DNA of 64,000 bases from a virus. Position numbers and translations under genes: made by a program. Shown piece after piece: positions 9,611 through 18,240 of the stretch (position 1 is its first letter; the number at the start of each line of letters is the position of its first letter). The stretch lies in IMG/VR virus record IMGVR_UViG_3300028388_003330, positions 1-64,000 of that record; one strand, 5' to 3'. Below the pieces are notes generated by a model. The model saw only the letters and a list, made by a program, of their open reading frames with translations, did no database searches and was not told the origin of the DNA.

Positions 9611-9704
9611 TTTTTAGCGCCAGAAACCTGACATCGCTCCTTGCGAGCGAAAGGAATTTGACAGTTTTTTTGACGTAGCGCAACACGCAGACATGGTGAA
9701 AAAA

Positions 9705-9722
9705 TCGGTAAGTTGTGAGTTT
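9705..9722. promoter_or_regulatory. Weak operator-like palindrome (TCGGTAA-GTTG-TGAGTTT)
   Basis: In the divergent control region. Confidence 0.4.
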
Positions 9723-9740
9723 TTCCTTGCTTGCCCTGGA

Positions 9741-9784
9741 AAAGTCAGTGTTTACTTGATCTAGAAGAAAGTTATTACTACAGT
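9741..9784 (+). promoter_or_regulatory. Operator (AAAGTCA-GTGT-TTACTTG, 9741-9758) overlapping the -35 of a putative repressor promoter TTGATC-17-TACAGT
   Basis: Direct reading; upstream of the HTH gene. Confidence 0.55.
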
Positions 9785-9835
9785 CCCCACCAGAAAAGCA
9801 GCACCACTATTAAGCCGAGACACAGGAAAACTGAC

Positions 9836-10258
9836 ATGACCAAAGCCACAGGAGCGCGTGCCAGTACATCAGGCAAGCAGAGCAAAGTTGCCCAATTCAT
9901 TGCCGCGCAGATCGAATTGAGCGAACTATCTCAACGGGAAATCGCAGAAATCTGCGGCTTCCCAAACCCAAACGTCATCACCATGATCAAGCAGGGGCAT
10001 TCAAAGCTCCCCATTGATCGTGTTGCGAACATGGCAAAGGCTTTACACGTTGATCCCATACGTCTGTTAAAGATCGTTCTGAGCGAGTACCAACCCGGAA
10101 TGCTGGAGGTTGTCGATAGCATCGTCGGATTTGGCTGCACGGAGAACGAGAAAGCCATCATCGAACTGTTTCGAGACGCAACCAACGACACCGATCCGCG
10201 AATTAAGACCGAAGCAGATCGGCAAGCCATCAGAAATGTGTTCGCCAAAATGGCCTGA
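9836..10258 (+). CDS. XRE-family HTH transcriptional regulator (putative phage repressor)
   Basis: LSQREIAEICGFPNPNVITMIKQGHSKLP HTH; ATG 9836 with AGGA RBS; upstream of xis-int. Confidence 0.85.
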   Translation: MTKATGARASTSGKQSKVAQFIAAQIELSELSQREIAEICGFPNPNVITMIKQGHSKLPIDRVANMAKALHVDPIRLLKIVLSEYQPGMLEVVDSIVGFGCTENEKAIIELFRDATNDTDPRIKTEADRQAIRNVFAKMA

Positions 10259-10292
10259 CAGCCCAGAGACCTCTTGCGGAAGAGCTAGCGCC

Positions 10293-10310
10293 TAAGTAAG
10301 CTTTGACTTA
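10293..10310. promoter_or_regulatory. Operator (TAAGTAA-GCTT-TGACTTA) overlapping the -10 of a putative xis-int promoter TTGCGG-17-TAAGCT
   Basis: Near-perfect palindrome. Confidence 0.7.
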
Positions 10311-10328
10311 ACCGCAGGAGGTCATGTA

Positions 10329-10538
10329 ATGAAACTCATTCCCGTCTCGGAATACCGAGAGTTGCGTTTTGTCGGCAACAAAAAACCAAGCGTCAAAACC
10401 ATCAAGCGCTGGATTCAATCGGGAGATCTGCCCGGAAAACGGATTGGAGGCTTATACTTCGTCAATGTGGCCGAAGAAGAATTGATGGTCACAAACGATG
10501 ACGTGGTTAACAGCATCCTGAACGATTATGAGGGCTGA
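10329..10538 (+). CDS. xis: Excisionase (MerR-like wHTH)
   Basis: PSVKTIKRWIQSGDLPGKRIGGLYFV; TGATG overlap with int. Confidence 0.85.
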   Translation: MKLIPVSEYRELRFVGNKKPSVKTIKRWIQSGDLPGKRIGGLYFVNVAEEELMVTNDDVVNSILNDYEG

Positions 10539-11701
10539 TGGGCGCACGACGCAGACGAGTTAACCAGTTCCTTCCCCCTAACCTGTACCGCACTTCCAAT
10601 GGCTACTACCAGTATCGTGACAAACGTACTGGTAAGTATCACTCGCTCGGCAAAGACAAAGCCAAGGCGATTCGACAGGCGCAAACTCTAAACGCCATTA
10701 TTGAGCCGCAACTGGAGGCTCAGGCGACTCACATCCTTGAAACCGCCATCAGGGAAGAGTCCAGCGTGACACGGGTACGTCGATCAGCCTCCATTACGGT
10801 GAAGAAGCTGATTGACGAATACATCGAAAAGCGGGTTCCCCAGAAAAACTGGTCGAAGGGAAGCCTCAACAATTACTTGGGGTATTTCAATCGCTATCAG
10901 CGTGAATTTGGTCGAGAACCGGTATCAAAGATCACCGTACGGTTTCTCAGCGATTGGATGGAGGACAACCTAACCGACAGTGCCTATGTCCAGCACCGCG
11001 TTCGACTGAATGACATCTTCGCGTATGCGGCATCCCGTGGTTACTGTAAGGACAACCAGGCGGCGCTGTTGTTGGTGAAAAAGCAGGGCAAATCCAAACG
11101 CAGACGCCTAACCGTCCAGCAGTTCTGGGCCATTCACGCGAAGGCACCCCAGTGGATGCAGATTGCCATGGAAATCGGCTTGATCACCCTGCAGCGCGGG
11201 GTGGACATCCGCGCCATGAAGTATGACCACATCAAGGAGTACCCGGACGGCAGTCAAAGAATTGAGGTTGCCCAGCAGAAAACGCGTGACCGTTCCGAAG
11301 CGGCATTTCTTGCCATCCGCGTCACGCCCGCACTGCAAGAGTCCATTGCGCGATCACGGGACGGCATTAAATCACCGTTTATCGTCCATCACCGCTTCAC
11401 TCGTCATGCTAAGGACAAAGAGCATTGGACGCAGGTGCTTAAGAAATACTTCACCGACACCTTTCTGGAGGCACGGGCAGCGACCGGATTGTTTGACGGT
11501 GTTCCAGACGAGGAACTTCCCGGCTTCCATCAGATCCGCGCACTGGGGATTCACTTATACGAGAAGCGCCACGGCAAGGATTACGCCCAAGCGCTAGCAG
11601 GACACGAAGACCCGAAGATGACCGAGTTATACGCTGCCGGTCATGAAGTCTCTTACACTCCGGTTGATGCGGACCTTGATCTGGTAACGCTGGAGAAATA
11701 A
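10538..11701 (+). CDS. int: Lambda-type tyrosine integrase with N-terminal arm-binding domain
   Basis: LPPNLY...YYQYR..RTGK arm domain; catalytic R (TLQRGVD), K (QQKT), HQIR, LAGH...MTELY. Confidence 0.95.
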   Translation: MGARRRRVNQFLPPNLYRTSNGYYQYRDKRTGKYHSLGKDKAKAIRQAQTLNAIIEPQLEAQATHILETAIREESSVTRVRRSASITVKKLIDEYIEKRVPQKNWSKGSLNNYLGYFNRYQREFGREPVSKITVRFLSDWMEDNLTDSAYVQHRVRLNDIFAYAASRGYCKDNQAALLLVKKQGKSKRRRLTVQQFWAIHAKAPQWMQIAMEIGLITLQRGVDIRAMKYDHIKEYPDGSQRIEVAQQKTRDRSEAAFLAIRVTPALQESIARSRDGIKSPFIVHHRFTRHAKDKEHWTQVLKKYFTDTFLEARAATGLFDGVPDEELPGFHQIRALGIHLYEKRHGKDYAQALAGHEDPKMTELYAAGHEVSYTPVDADLDLVTLEK

Positions 11702-11799
11702 CCCTGCGGTATTGGAAAAATATCGGAAATTTTTTGGAAACCGTTTTCGGAAGACCTTCCAGAATCACCTGAAAACTTCCCTGTTCTCAGTGACTTAGA

Positions 11800-11845
11800 T
11801 GGTCGGAGCGGGGAGATTCGAACTCCCGACCCCCACAACCCCATT
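11800..11845 (-). other. attP core: 3' half of tRNA-Pro(GGG) from anticodon loop to CCA
   Basis: Minus strand AATGGGGTTGTGGGGGTCGGGAGTTCGAATCTCCCCGCTCCGACCA has the T-arm, 3' acceptor strand and CCA; 5' half absent; ~100 bp from the int stop. Confidence 0.9.
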
Positions 11846-11892
11846 ATCGAGTAAGCCTTACGCAACTACCTGTTTTCATTAGAAAACATTGG

Positions 11893-11910
11893 TCAGTAAC
11901 GACTGACTTT
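11893..11910. promoter_or_regulatory. Operator-like palindrome (TCAGTAA-CGAC-TGACTTT) in the attP arm
   Basis: Consensus match. Confidence 0.55.
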
Positions 11911-11975
11911 TTTGGTGATTTTGGAAGGTCAAGATCAATACCTTACAAAGCGGTATTTGCAGTCGAAATAGGACA

Positions 11976-12470
11976 TTACGACCAGATCCGGTCAAGAATG
12001 GAAAACGTGTAATGAATGCCATTATCGACGCCAAACTGCTGATGCGTTGTCTTCCACGCAAGCGTTCGCCAGCTATCGAACCGAGTGTCGCCCTGCGGAC
12101 TGCAATGAACCTCTGTCAGATAGAGCCGATCTATCTCGGAAATAGATTCGCGGTAAATCTGTGCGCCCCCAATTACAAAGCCCTCTACACCATCAATGTG
12201 TATGGCTTGCTCCCAAGCTTCGCTCATGGAACGAGCGACAAAGACGCCCTTTTCCCAGATATAACCAAGCGGGTTTTGGGTAATAACAATGTTGTAACGA
12301 TTAGGCAGCGGACGACCAATCGATTCGTGCGTCTTGCGACCCATAATGATGGGATGACCTGTGGTGATTTCCTTAAACCGCTTAAGGTCTTTTGGCATGC
12401 GCCAGGGGAGATCGGAATTTACGCCGATCACCCCATTGTCTGCCGTAGCCATGATCATTGACTTAATCAT
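11976..12470 (-). CDS. folA: Dihydrofolate reductase
   Basis: NGVIG..LPW..PKDLKRFK..T.GHPIIMGRKTHESIGRPLPNRYNIVIT, VIGGAQIY, GDTRF. Confidence 0.95.
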   Translation of the reverse strand: MIKSMIMATADNGVIGVNSDLPWRMPKDLKRFKEITTGHPIIMGRKTHESIGRPLPNRYNIVITQNPLGYIWEKGVFVARSMSEAWEQAIHIDGVEGFVIGGAQIYRESISEIDRLYLTEVHCSPQGDTRFDSWRTLAWKTTHQQFGVDNGIHYTFSILDRIWS

Positions 12471-13063
12471 TACCCACCATTCATTTTTCTGGCGATATCC
12501 AACAGCGAGTTTCCCGTCACTGAACGCTTTGGTTCTGACTTGGGCTCTTCCTTGCTGTCCGCCATCATTTCATTCACCACTGCCGAGTAATCCATTTCCA
12601 TGATTGCTGGCTTTTCTGGCTTCTTCGTTTCGCCTGTGACCTTACTCCTTTGAATAGGAGCGGGCTTTGAAACCCCTCGTAAGGTCGGAAGATCATCCAG
12701 CTTGGGGTGATCCAGTTTGGCCCCAACAGAATTCCAGCCGCGAGCGTAGGAAGAATCCTGTTTGTTGAATTTCACCACACTAACTGGTGACTTAGGACGC
12801 GGCTTATAAAAAAGAGCCTCTTCTGCTTCCAACTCCTGCCTACGCATAGCAAGCGCGGGGCAAACTCCCCGACGGATCGCGTTAAAGCATTCGAAGTACG
12901 GGTGTTTGTCAGCGTGTTGAACCTCATCAAACAGAACCCGAATGTGCAGACAGGCCGCGTACGCCTTTTTCTGCCCCAGAACATCGCAGTTAACGTAATG
13001 GGAGTTATCTCCGCCAGCAGACATGCCGACGGGTATCTTGGAGATCTCGTCGCTCATGACCAA
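12470..13063 (-). CDS. Conserved phage hypothetical protein (Cys-containing)
   Basis: Coupled ORF with C..YAACL...C..AI..G.CPA.AMR pattern. Confidence 0.7.
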   Translation of the reverse strand: MVMSDEISKIPVGMSAGGDNSHYVNCDVLGQKKAYAACLHIRVLFDEVQHADKHPYFECFNAIRRGVCPALAMRRQELEAEEALFYKPRPKSPVSVVKFNKQDSSYARGWNSVGAKLDHPKLDDLPTLRGVSKPAPIQRSKVTGETKKPEKPAIMEMDYSAVVNEMMADSKEEPKSEPKRSVTGNSLLDIARKMNGG

Positions 13064-13515
13064 GTACCGTAGTGTTTGGGGCGGGTTTCGAACGCCTTCG
13101 CGGGCGGCTCTTCTTCAGACGTAACGGCGACGGATTCAGAAGACCCGTTTATATCAAGAATATCTTTCTCGTCAACGCCAATTGAAACCCAATCGGTCAC
13201 AGTGACGCTCTTACGCAGACCTTCCGGAATGATGTTCCAGACATCGCCAAACCACTCAATGCCTGTCGTTTCATCCTTCGTGATGTCGTAGCCGTTATAC
13301 GTCTTGCTGTCTAGAATCTTCTGGGCGTAGTTGTTAGCACGACTTGTGTAGCCAAAGATTTGAGTCTTACAAGTACCGACTGTTTCAACCTTACCCCAAC
13401 GACGAATCATCAGAGCCTTTCCGTTTGGACCCGTGATGATCAAGATGTCGTAGTCTTTGGTTAAACCGTTATGCGCCAAGTGAATATCGCGCTTTACAAA
13501 TTGCATTGTTGACAT
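13054..13515 (-). CDS. WGR-like domain protein
   Basis: TKDY.I...LMIRRWGKV...G...K...GY pattern. Confidence 0.65.
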   Translation of the reverse strand: MSTMQFVKRDIHLAHNGLTKDYDILIITGPNGKALMIRRWGKVETVGTCKTQIFGYTSRANNYAQKILDSKTYNGYDITKDETTGIEWFGDVWNIIPEGLRKSVTVTDWVSIGVDEKDILDINGSSESVAVTSEEEPPAKAFETRPKHYGTWS

Positions 13516-13572
13516 ATCCCCACTCCTGCGTTTCTCTCTGTAGAGTTAGATTAGCGTCGCGCTTTTGGCGTA

Positions 13573-14655
13573 TCAAGTCAGCCCTGACTGAAGTTTCAGC
13601 TTTGCCTCAAATTGCAATGTCAACGACTCTGCACTCTCAAATGTTTTGATTACCTCGTCTGGCATCGCTTCATTTGGGTCCATGCCTCTAGGAAGAATGG
13701 CAATGTTTACCTCCAATCCAATGCTCTTTAATAATTTTCCAGCTTTGATTGCGGCATTGATAGCGGAAGATTCCGAGTCCCACATCATGGTTACTTTTTC
13801 CAAGCCTAGAGATTTCAGCCTAATAAACTGACTAAATTGATCAGTTTTATCGGCGTGAGAAAGGTGCTTACCAAAGGTCGCTATCGGAACAACCTGCCGC
13901 AGAATAGGATTGGGTTTAAACGCCTGCCAAACGGCTATCGTGTCAAAGACTCCCTCGGTTACTACAACATGCTTAGCGCCCCTGGCGTTATGGGCGTTGT
14001 AAAGCAGCTTACTGGTTGAGGCGAACCCAGGTGGGAACAGATACTTACGGTCAGCATTCCCAGTTGTATCCCTGCCTTGAAAGGAAACCAAGTCGCCATC
14101 TAGGTCGTGAATCGGAATGATTACCCGCTCTGTATACCGCTGTACAAATTTCTTCCCTTTTATACGGTATGGAAAGACGCCAGATTTTGAAAAGCGTAAG
14201 GCAAAATGTTTAGCGGCTTCTGAAGTGATGCCCCGAACTTCCAAGTACGCCAAGTTCCTACCCTTATATGGAATTGGCACCGATTCTGGAAGCTGCAACG
14301 ACGGCACACTTTCCTGAACTGGTTCCGCCTTGATCTTTTTCGGAAGCCAGCCAATCTCAGCCACAATCCCCTTCAGATGATCCACCACCTCCCTGTTGGA
14401 ACCACCCAGTTCTGCTTTGATGAATGACCACTTATTGAAGTTTTCACCCTCAGGGTGGTCGCCTGCGAAACAGTTACCCAACCCTGTTTCTGCGTTGAGG
14501 TAAACCTTCCATTTGTTACTACCACATACAGGGCAATCGCGTACGTTAATCTGGGTTCCTCTGGAACCGTGAGTTATCCGATAATCAATACCCTGCATAT
14601 CTAGCCATGACTCCATGTCGATGGCCTCCAATATATCAGTAATATCGTTCATCAT
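13573..14655 (-). CDS. DNA primase (Zn finger + TOPRIM)
   Basis: CPVC...NCF zinc finger; RVIIPI...FQGR; VTEGVFD; MWDSE; DPNE. Confidence 0.9.
   Translation of the reverse strand: MMNDITDILEAIDMESWLDMQGIDYRITHGSRGTQINVRDCPVCGSNKWKVYLNAETGLGNCFAGDHPEGENFNKWSFIKAELGGSNREVVDHLKGIVAEIGWLPKKIKAEPVQESVPSLQLPESVPIPYKGRNLAYLEVRGITSEAAKHFALRFSKSGVFPYRIKGKKFVQRYTERVIIPIHDLDGDLVSFQGRDTTGNADRKYLFPPGFASTSKLLYNAHNARGAKHVVVTEGVFDTIAVWQAFKPNPILRQVVPIATFGKHLSHADKTDQFSQFIRLKSLGLEKVTMMWDSESSAINAAIKAGKLLKSIGLEVNIAILPRGMDPNEAMPDEVIKTFESAESLTLQFEAKLKLQSGLT
13574..13591. promoter_or_regulatory. Operator-like palindrome (CAAGTCA-GCCC-TGACTGA) at the primase 3' end, upstream of the WGR gene
   Basis: Consensus match. 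Confidence 0.55.
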
Positions 14656-16043
14656 TCCCTCTTGAGAACTTTCGTAACAAATTTCATTTTGGCGAGGTCT
14701 TGCTTGACGTAGAGCATGAACCCGCTGGCCTGATTTCGCGAAGCGGCGAAGTACAACCTTGCCTCGTCCTTCATCGCTTCGTCTTCAGATTTGTTAATCG
14801 AAATAACCAAGTCGGCAATACGGATTTTATTGAAATCCTCGGCAACGTGTTCGGCCTTGGCGACGGACGCTTTGAACCCATCGCGGTTGGTCTGAGTTGC
14901 CGAAAGAATGGCGACGTTCTCCTGCTGTGCAATGGCCCTTACATCAACCCACACGCTTTTCGAATTCTCAATGGCGTCGTTCGTTCGATAGCTGGGGGCC
15001 ATAATGTCCAGATAATCGATTACGATAAGCTCAAACAACAGGCTCTTTGCCTTATAGTGTTCGATCAAGCGCCGCAAATCAGTCGGCGTCATGGTTCCAG
15101 ACGGGTACTCATGGATCTTGAACGCGCCAACCTTCTCCGTCTCCCTGATATGTTCCACAGCGGTTTTAACCGCATGAGGCGACACCTTCAGATCGTTCAT
15201 CGTAATGTCTGCGAGATTCGCATCCGCTCTGGTGGCCGCGATTTCCTTCGAAACCTCCAAGGTGACATAGAGAACGTTGTAACCAGCTAACGACGCGGAA
15301 AGTGCAGAATTTATTAAAGCGGTGGTTTTTCCAGTTTTGGCACCGCCCATATAAATACTGAGTTCTGACTTTCCCCACCCTCCGTGATAGAGGTTGTCAT
15401 CGATCTGAGGAATGCCGGTCGTTACCGAATCAATCTTGGAACCGGAGAGTGATTCCAGCCTTGTTGCCGTCCTGCTTTCGATCTCATCGTAGAAATCATA
15501 AGTTGGCGATTGCTGCGCACCAACCTGCATGGCTTCCTTAACCACCTTTTCGATGTTTTCGAAATCCTTTCTGCCAAGGTACTCGACAGATTTCAGAATT
15601 GCCTTTTCAAGAGCCTGATGCTGTGCAAAGGCCGCAACCTCATCGATAACGTAATCCCGATCTGAGATGTCCTCGACGCTAAGGCGCTTCCAAGCGGCGA
15701 GAATTTCGGGTTTTAAATCCTCTCTGATAACCTTCCTTTTGATACCCTCCTTCAGCAGTTTAAGTAAAATGGAATTCGCCGGAATACGGCGATACTTGTT
15801 GAAGTATTTCAACGTCAGCGAAACCAAGACGGCTTCACCTGAGTGTTCAAAATACTCAGGTTGAATCAAACCCTCTGAACGCTCATTGAAAACCGGGTCG
15901 CGAAGCACCAGCGCAGCGATCTTGGTTTGAAAGCTGGAGTCGAAATCATACCGCCGAGTTTTCTCGGTCTTGAGTTCCTCCTGTGCGCCCCCGGTGAAAG
16001 ACCTGCCAATATCTTCCGCAAGGGATTCTTCTGTCACGCCCAC
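14652..16043 (-). CDS. Replicative DnaB/gp41-like helicase
   Basis: GGAKTGKT Walker A, YVTLE, IVIDYLD, SATQTNR, AEDFNK. Confidence 0.92.
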   Translation of the reverse strand: MGVTEESLAEDIGRSFTGGAQEELKTEKTRRYDFDSSFQTKIAALVLRDPVFNERSEGLIQPEYFEHSGEAVLVSLTLKYFNKYRRIPANSILLKLLKEGIKRKVIREDLKPEILAAWKRLSVEDISDRDYVIDEVAAFAQHQALEKAILKSVEYLGRKDFENIEKVVKEAMQVGAQQSPTYDFYDEIESRTATRLESLSGSKIDSVTTGIPQIDDNLYHGGWGKSELSIYMGGAKTGKTTALINSALSASLAGYNVLYVTLEVSKEIAATRADANLADITMNDLKVSPHAVKTAVEHIRETEKVGAFKIHEYPSGTMTPTDLRRLIEHYKAKSLLFELIVIDYLDIMAPSYRTNDAIENSKSVWVDVRAIAQQENVAILSATQTNRDGFKASVAKAEHVAEDFNKIRIADLVISINKSEDEAMKDEARLYFAASRNQASGFMLYVKQDLAKMKFVTKVLKRE

Positions 16044-16297
16044 TATTCAACCTCCAACGATTTGATAGCGTGTTTGAACACCAATACCTTTCGGTCGTCA
16101 TCATCCTTCTTGTATTTGAGGGTGACCGTGTATTTGTCGAACTCAATCAAGATGACTTGGTAGTAAACAAAACCTTCGATTGTCTGCACCACAAGGCTTT
16201 TGCCCAAGCACTCACGCAAGAAATTTTCATGATTCCTTACACCAGAAGCGGCCTTCGGTCGGTTCTTCAACCTAATGGTTTCTCGCTTTTTTTCCAC
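16043..16297 (-). CDS. hfq: Hfq-like Sm-fold RNA-binding protein
   Basis: HENFL...IEFDKYTVTL...LVFKHAIKS aligns with Hfq QDPFL...ESFDQFVILL...MVYKHAIST; AGGAGG RBS. Confidence 0.75.
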   Translation of the reverse strand: MEKKRETIRLKNRPKAASGVRNHENFLRECLGKSLVVQTIEGFVYYQVILIEFDKYTVTLKYKKDDDDRKVLVFKHAIKSLEVE

Positions 16298-16305
16298 AAT
16301 ACCTC

Positions 16306-17046
16306 CTACGGTTTGCTAAGTGACTTGGCTGTGTTAACCAAGTCTTGACCAAAGAATTTAATTGCCAGTGGCTCCAGAAGAACCCGAGCCTCATACAGAA
16401 CATGGCAAAGCACATAGCGCTTCTCTCGCCGCTTCGATATCACGGACAACAGATAGCGCTGAAAACCCTTCTGCTCGGGTCGACCTTGGTAGTTTTCAGC
16501 CAGATAGAAGGGGTCGTTCGGAAGCACCAAGTCATACGTCAGACGTTCAGCCCAAGCCGTAATGACAGGCTCCCTCACCTTCTCGGAATACATCTGCGAA
16601 GGTCTTGGGCATCTGGCCCAGCAGGTTTCTTCCGCGAATCGAATAATGGTTTTGCAGTAAAAGTCGTAAGGGACGCCAAGCTCGTCTGCAGATTGACGCC
16701 CTTTCCAGTAGGCGGTGTAGTCGCGAGACTTGCCCTCAAAAATATTCTCCGTGTAACCCTTAACGGGTTTCATGTACTGGGAACGTTCAAGGTCAAGTCG
16801 AATTCTGTGGAAAAGCTGGTACGCCAGCAGATATTCATGGGCGTACAGTAGGGTGGCCTTGGTTGGATGAAGCCTGCGATAGTCAAACCACTTGGTTTGG
16901 AACAGCGGAGCTTCTTTCCCGAGGAAATGACGCCGCTCAATGTTCTGCAGGGCAAGAATCTCACACTCTTCTTGGGTTAATTGATCCCCGAAGAAGGGTC
17001 CAGTAACAGACCGTGAGTCGTCCAGCGTTGGCAAAAACGCGGGCAT
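16306..17046 (-). CDS. Conserved phage hypothetical protein (replication region)
   Basis: TKWFDYRRLHP..AT, WKGRQSAD.LGVPYDFY, PRPSQ motifs; good RBS. Confidence 0.75.
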   Translation of the reverse strand: MPAFLPTLDDSRSVTGPFFGDQLTQEECEILALQNIERRHFLGKEAPLFQTKWFDYRRLHPTKATLLYAHEYLLAYQLFHRIRLDLERSQYMKPVKGYTENIFEGKSRDYTAYWKGRQSADELGVPYDFYCKTIIRFAEETCWARCPRPSQMYSEKVREPVITAWAERLTYDLVLPNDPFYLAENYQGRPEQKGFQRYLLSVISKRREKRYVLCHVLYEARVLLEPLAIKFFGQDLVNTAKSLSKP

Positions 17047-17085
17047 TTCCGTCTTCCTCTCCTGTGTCTATACCAGTAAGAGTAT

Positions 17086-17103
17086 TCAGTAAGTGCTTAG
17101 TTA
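17086..17103. promoter_or_regulatory. Operator-like palindrome (TCAGTAA-GTGC-TTAGTTA) upstream of the replication operon
   Basis: Consensus match. Confidence 0.6.
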
Positions 17104-17146
17104 TTTCAAGAGAGCAGCACTTATGCCCGTGTTTCTGCCGTCTGGA

Positions 17147-17902
17147 TCAGTCTCGGTAAGCTAGGAGAATTTCGCGGGCAAGCCCAGAACGGACCACGTC
17201 ATCGACATGAAACTCGACCACGGAGACGTAACCGGAGTTTCTGAGCCTGCAGACAGCGTCCTCAAGGCCAGACCTTCCTTCGATGTCGCGCTGCGAAGGG
17301 TCGCCATTGACCACCACCTTGGCATTCTTACCGATGCGAGTGAGAAACATTTTCATCTGCATCGGAGTGCTGTTCTGCGCCTCGTCCAAAATAACCCAAG
17401 AATTATCGAAGGTTCTGCCTCGCATGTAAGCCAAAGGAACGCATTCGATTTTCTTGTTCTTAAGCATGTACTCTATGGTGCCGGGATTCATTCGTTCATT
17501 AAGAACATCACGGAACGGTGCGATATAAGGCTCAAACTTTTCATCAATATCACCGGGAAGGAACCCTAGCGAATCACCAGTTTCAACTGTTGGACGAGTA
17601 AGAATGATGCGGTCAACTTCTTTACTCAGCAAAGCGTCTGCGGCCATTGCGGCGCAGACATATGTTTTCCCTGTTCCTGCTGGACCCAAGCCAAACGTCA
17701 GTTTGCTATTTTGAATGGCAATAATGTAATGCCCTTGAGCTTCAGTTTGTGCTTCTAACGGTTTAACTCTAGACGGTATATTTTCCATCCCCGATACGCT
17801 AGCTAGCCTTAGTCTGTTACTGTTCAAGCGATCCCTTTTCTCTAGTTTACGAAGTCGTCGGCGTTCGGCTTTTGTCAGGTAACTACTATTTGCTGAAGGC
17901 AT
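17147..17902 (-). CDS. phoH: PhoH-family ATPase
   Basis: GPAGTGKT, LTRP.VE.G..LGFLPG, PLAYMRGRTF, DEAQN, KMFLTRIG, GDPSQ.D. Confidence 0.95.
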   Translation of the reverse strand: MPSANSSYLTKAERRRLRKLEKRDRLNSNRLRLASVSGMENIPSRVKPLEAQTEAQGHYIIAIQNSKLTFGLGPAGTGKTYVCAAMAADALLSKEVDRIILTRPTVETGDSLGFLPGDIDEKFEPYIAPFRDVLNERMNPGTIEYMLKNKKIECVPLAYMRGRTFDNSWVILDEAQNSTPMQMKMFLTRIGKNAKVVVNGDPSQRDIEGRSGLEDAVCRLRNSGYVSVVEFHVDDVVRSGLAREILLAYRD

Positions 17903-17943
17903 ATATTTCCCCTGGTGGAAGAAACAATTAGCCCCTCTACTGT

Positions 17944-18240
17944 TTAACCAAGAGCTTGCTTTACGTTAACCGTAATCGTTGTACCTCTCAGTTTTTTCAC
18001 CACGCCTTCGAGTGTCACTACCTGTAACTCATGCTCACCGACGATGGAGAAATCGCCCTGCTCTACAGCGTATGAAACAATCCCTTTTGCTGGATCGGTA
18101 ATGCTGACCGCAGAATCTTTTGTAACAATTTCCCGGTTGGGCTTTTTAATAATAACCTGCGCATCCGTAGCGCTGGTAAGATCAACATCGGTTTCGAAGT
18201 TGATAAGAACGCCGTAAGTGTCGGTGTAAATATCAATCAT
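17944..18240 (-). CDS. BppU-N-like Ig-fold virion protein (paralog of 32588-32890)
   Basis: DLTSAT...KKP...D...G.VSY...DF...G...LQV pattern; ATGA overlap with the upstream gene. Confidence 0.7.
   Translation of the reverse strand: MIDIYTDTYGVLINFETDVDLTSATDAQVIIKKPNREIVTKDSAVSITDPAKGIVSYAVEQGDFSIVGEHELQVVTLEGVVKKLRGTTITVNVKQALG

Noticed and set aside
9731-9835. N-terminal extension of the repressor from TTG 9731
   Set aside because: Overlaps the operator/promoter; ATG 9836 has the RBS
11800-11875. Complete tRNA-Pro gene
   Set aside because: Only the 3' half is present; there is no D-arm or 5' acceptor strand (CGGAGCG) upstream, so it is an att core
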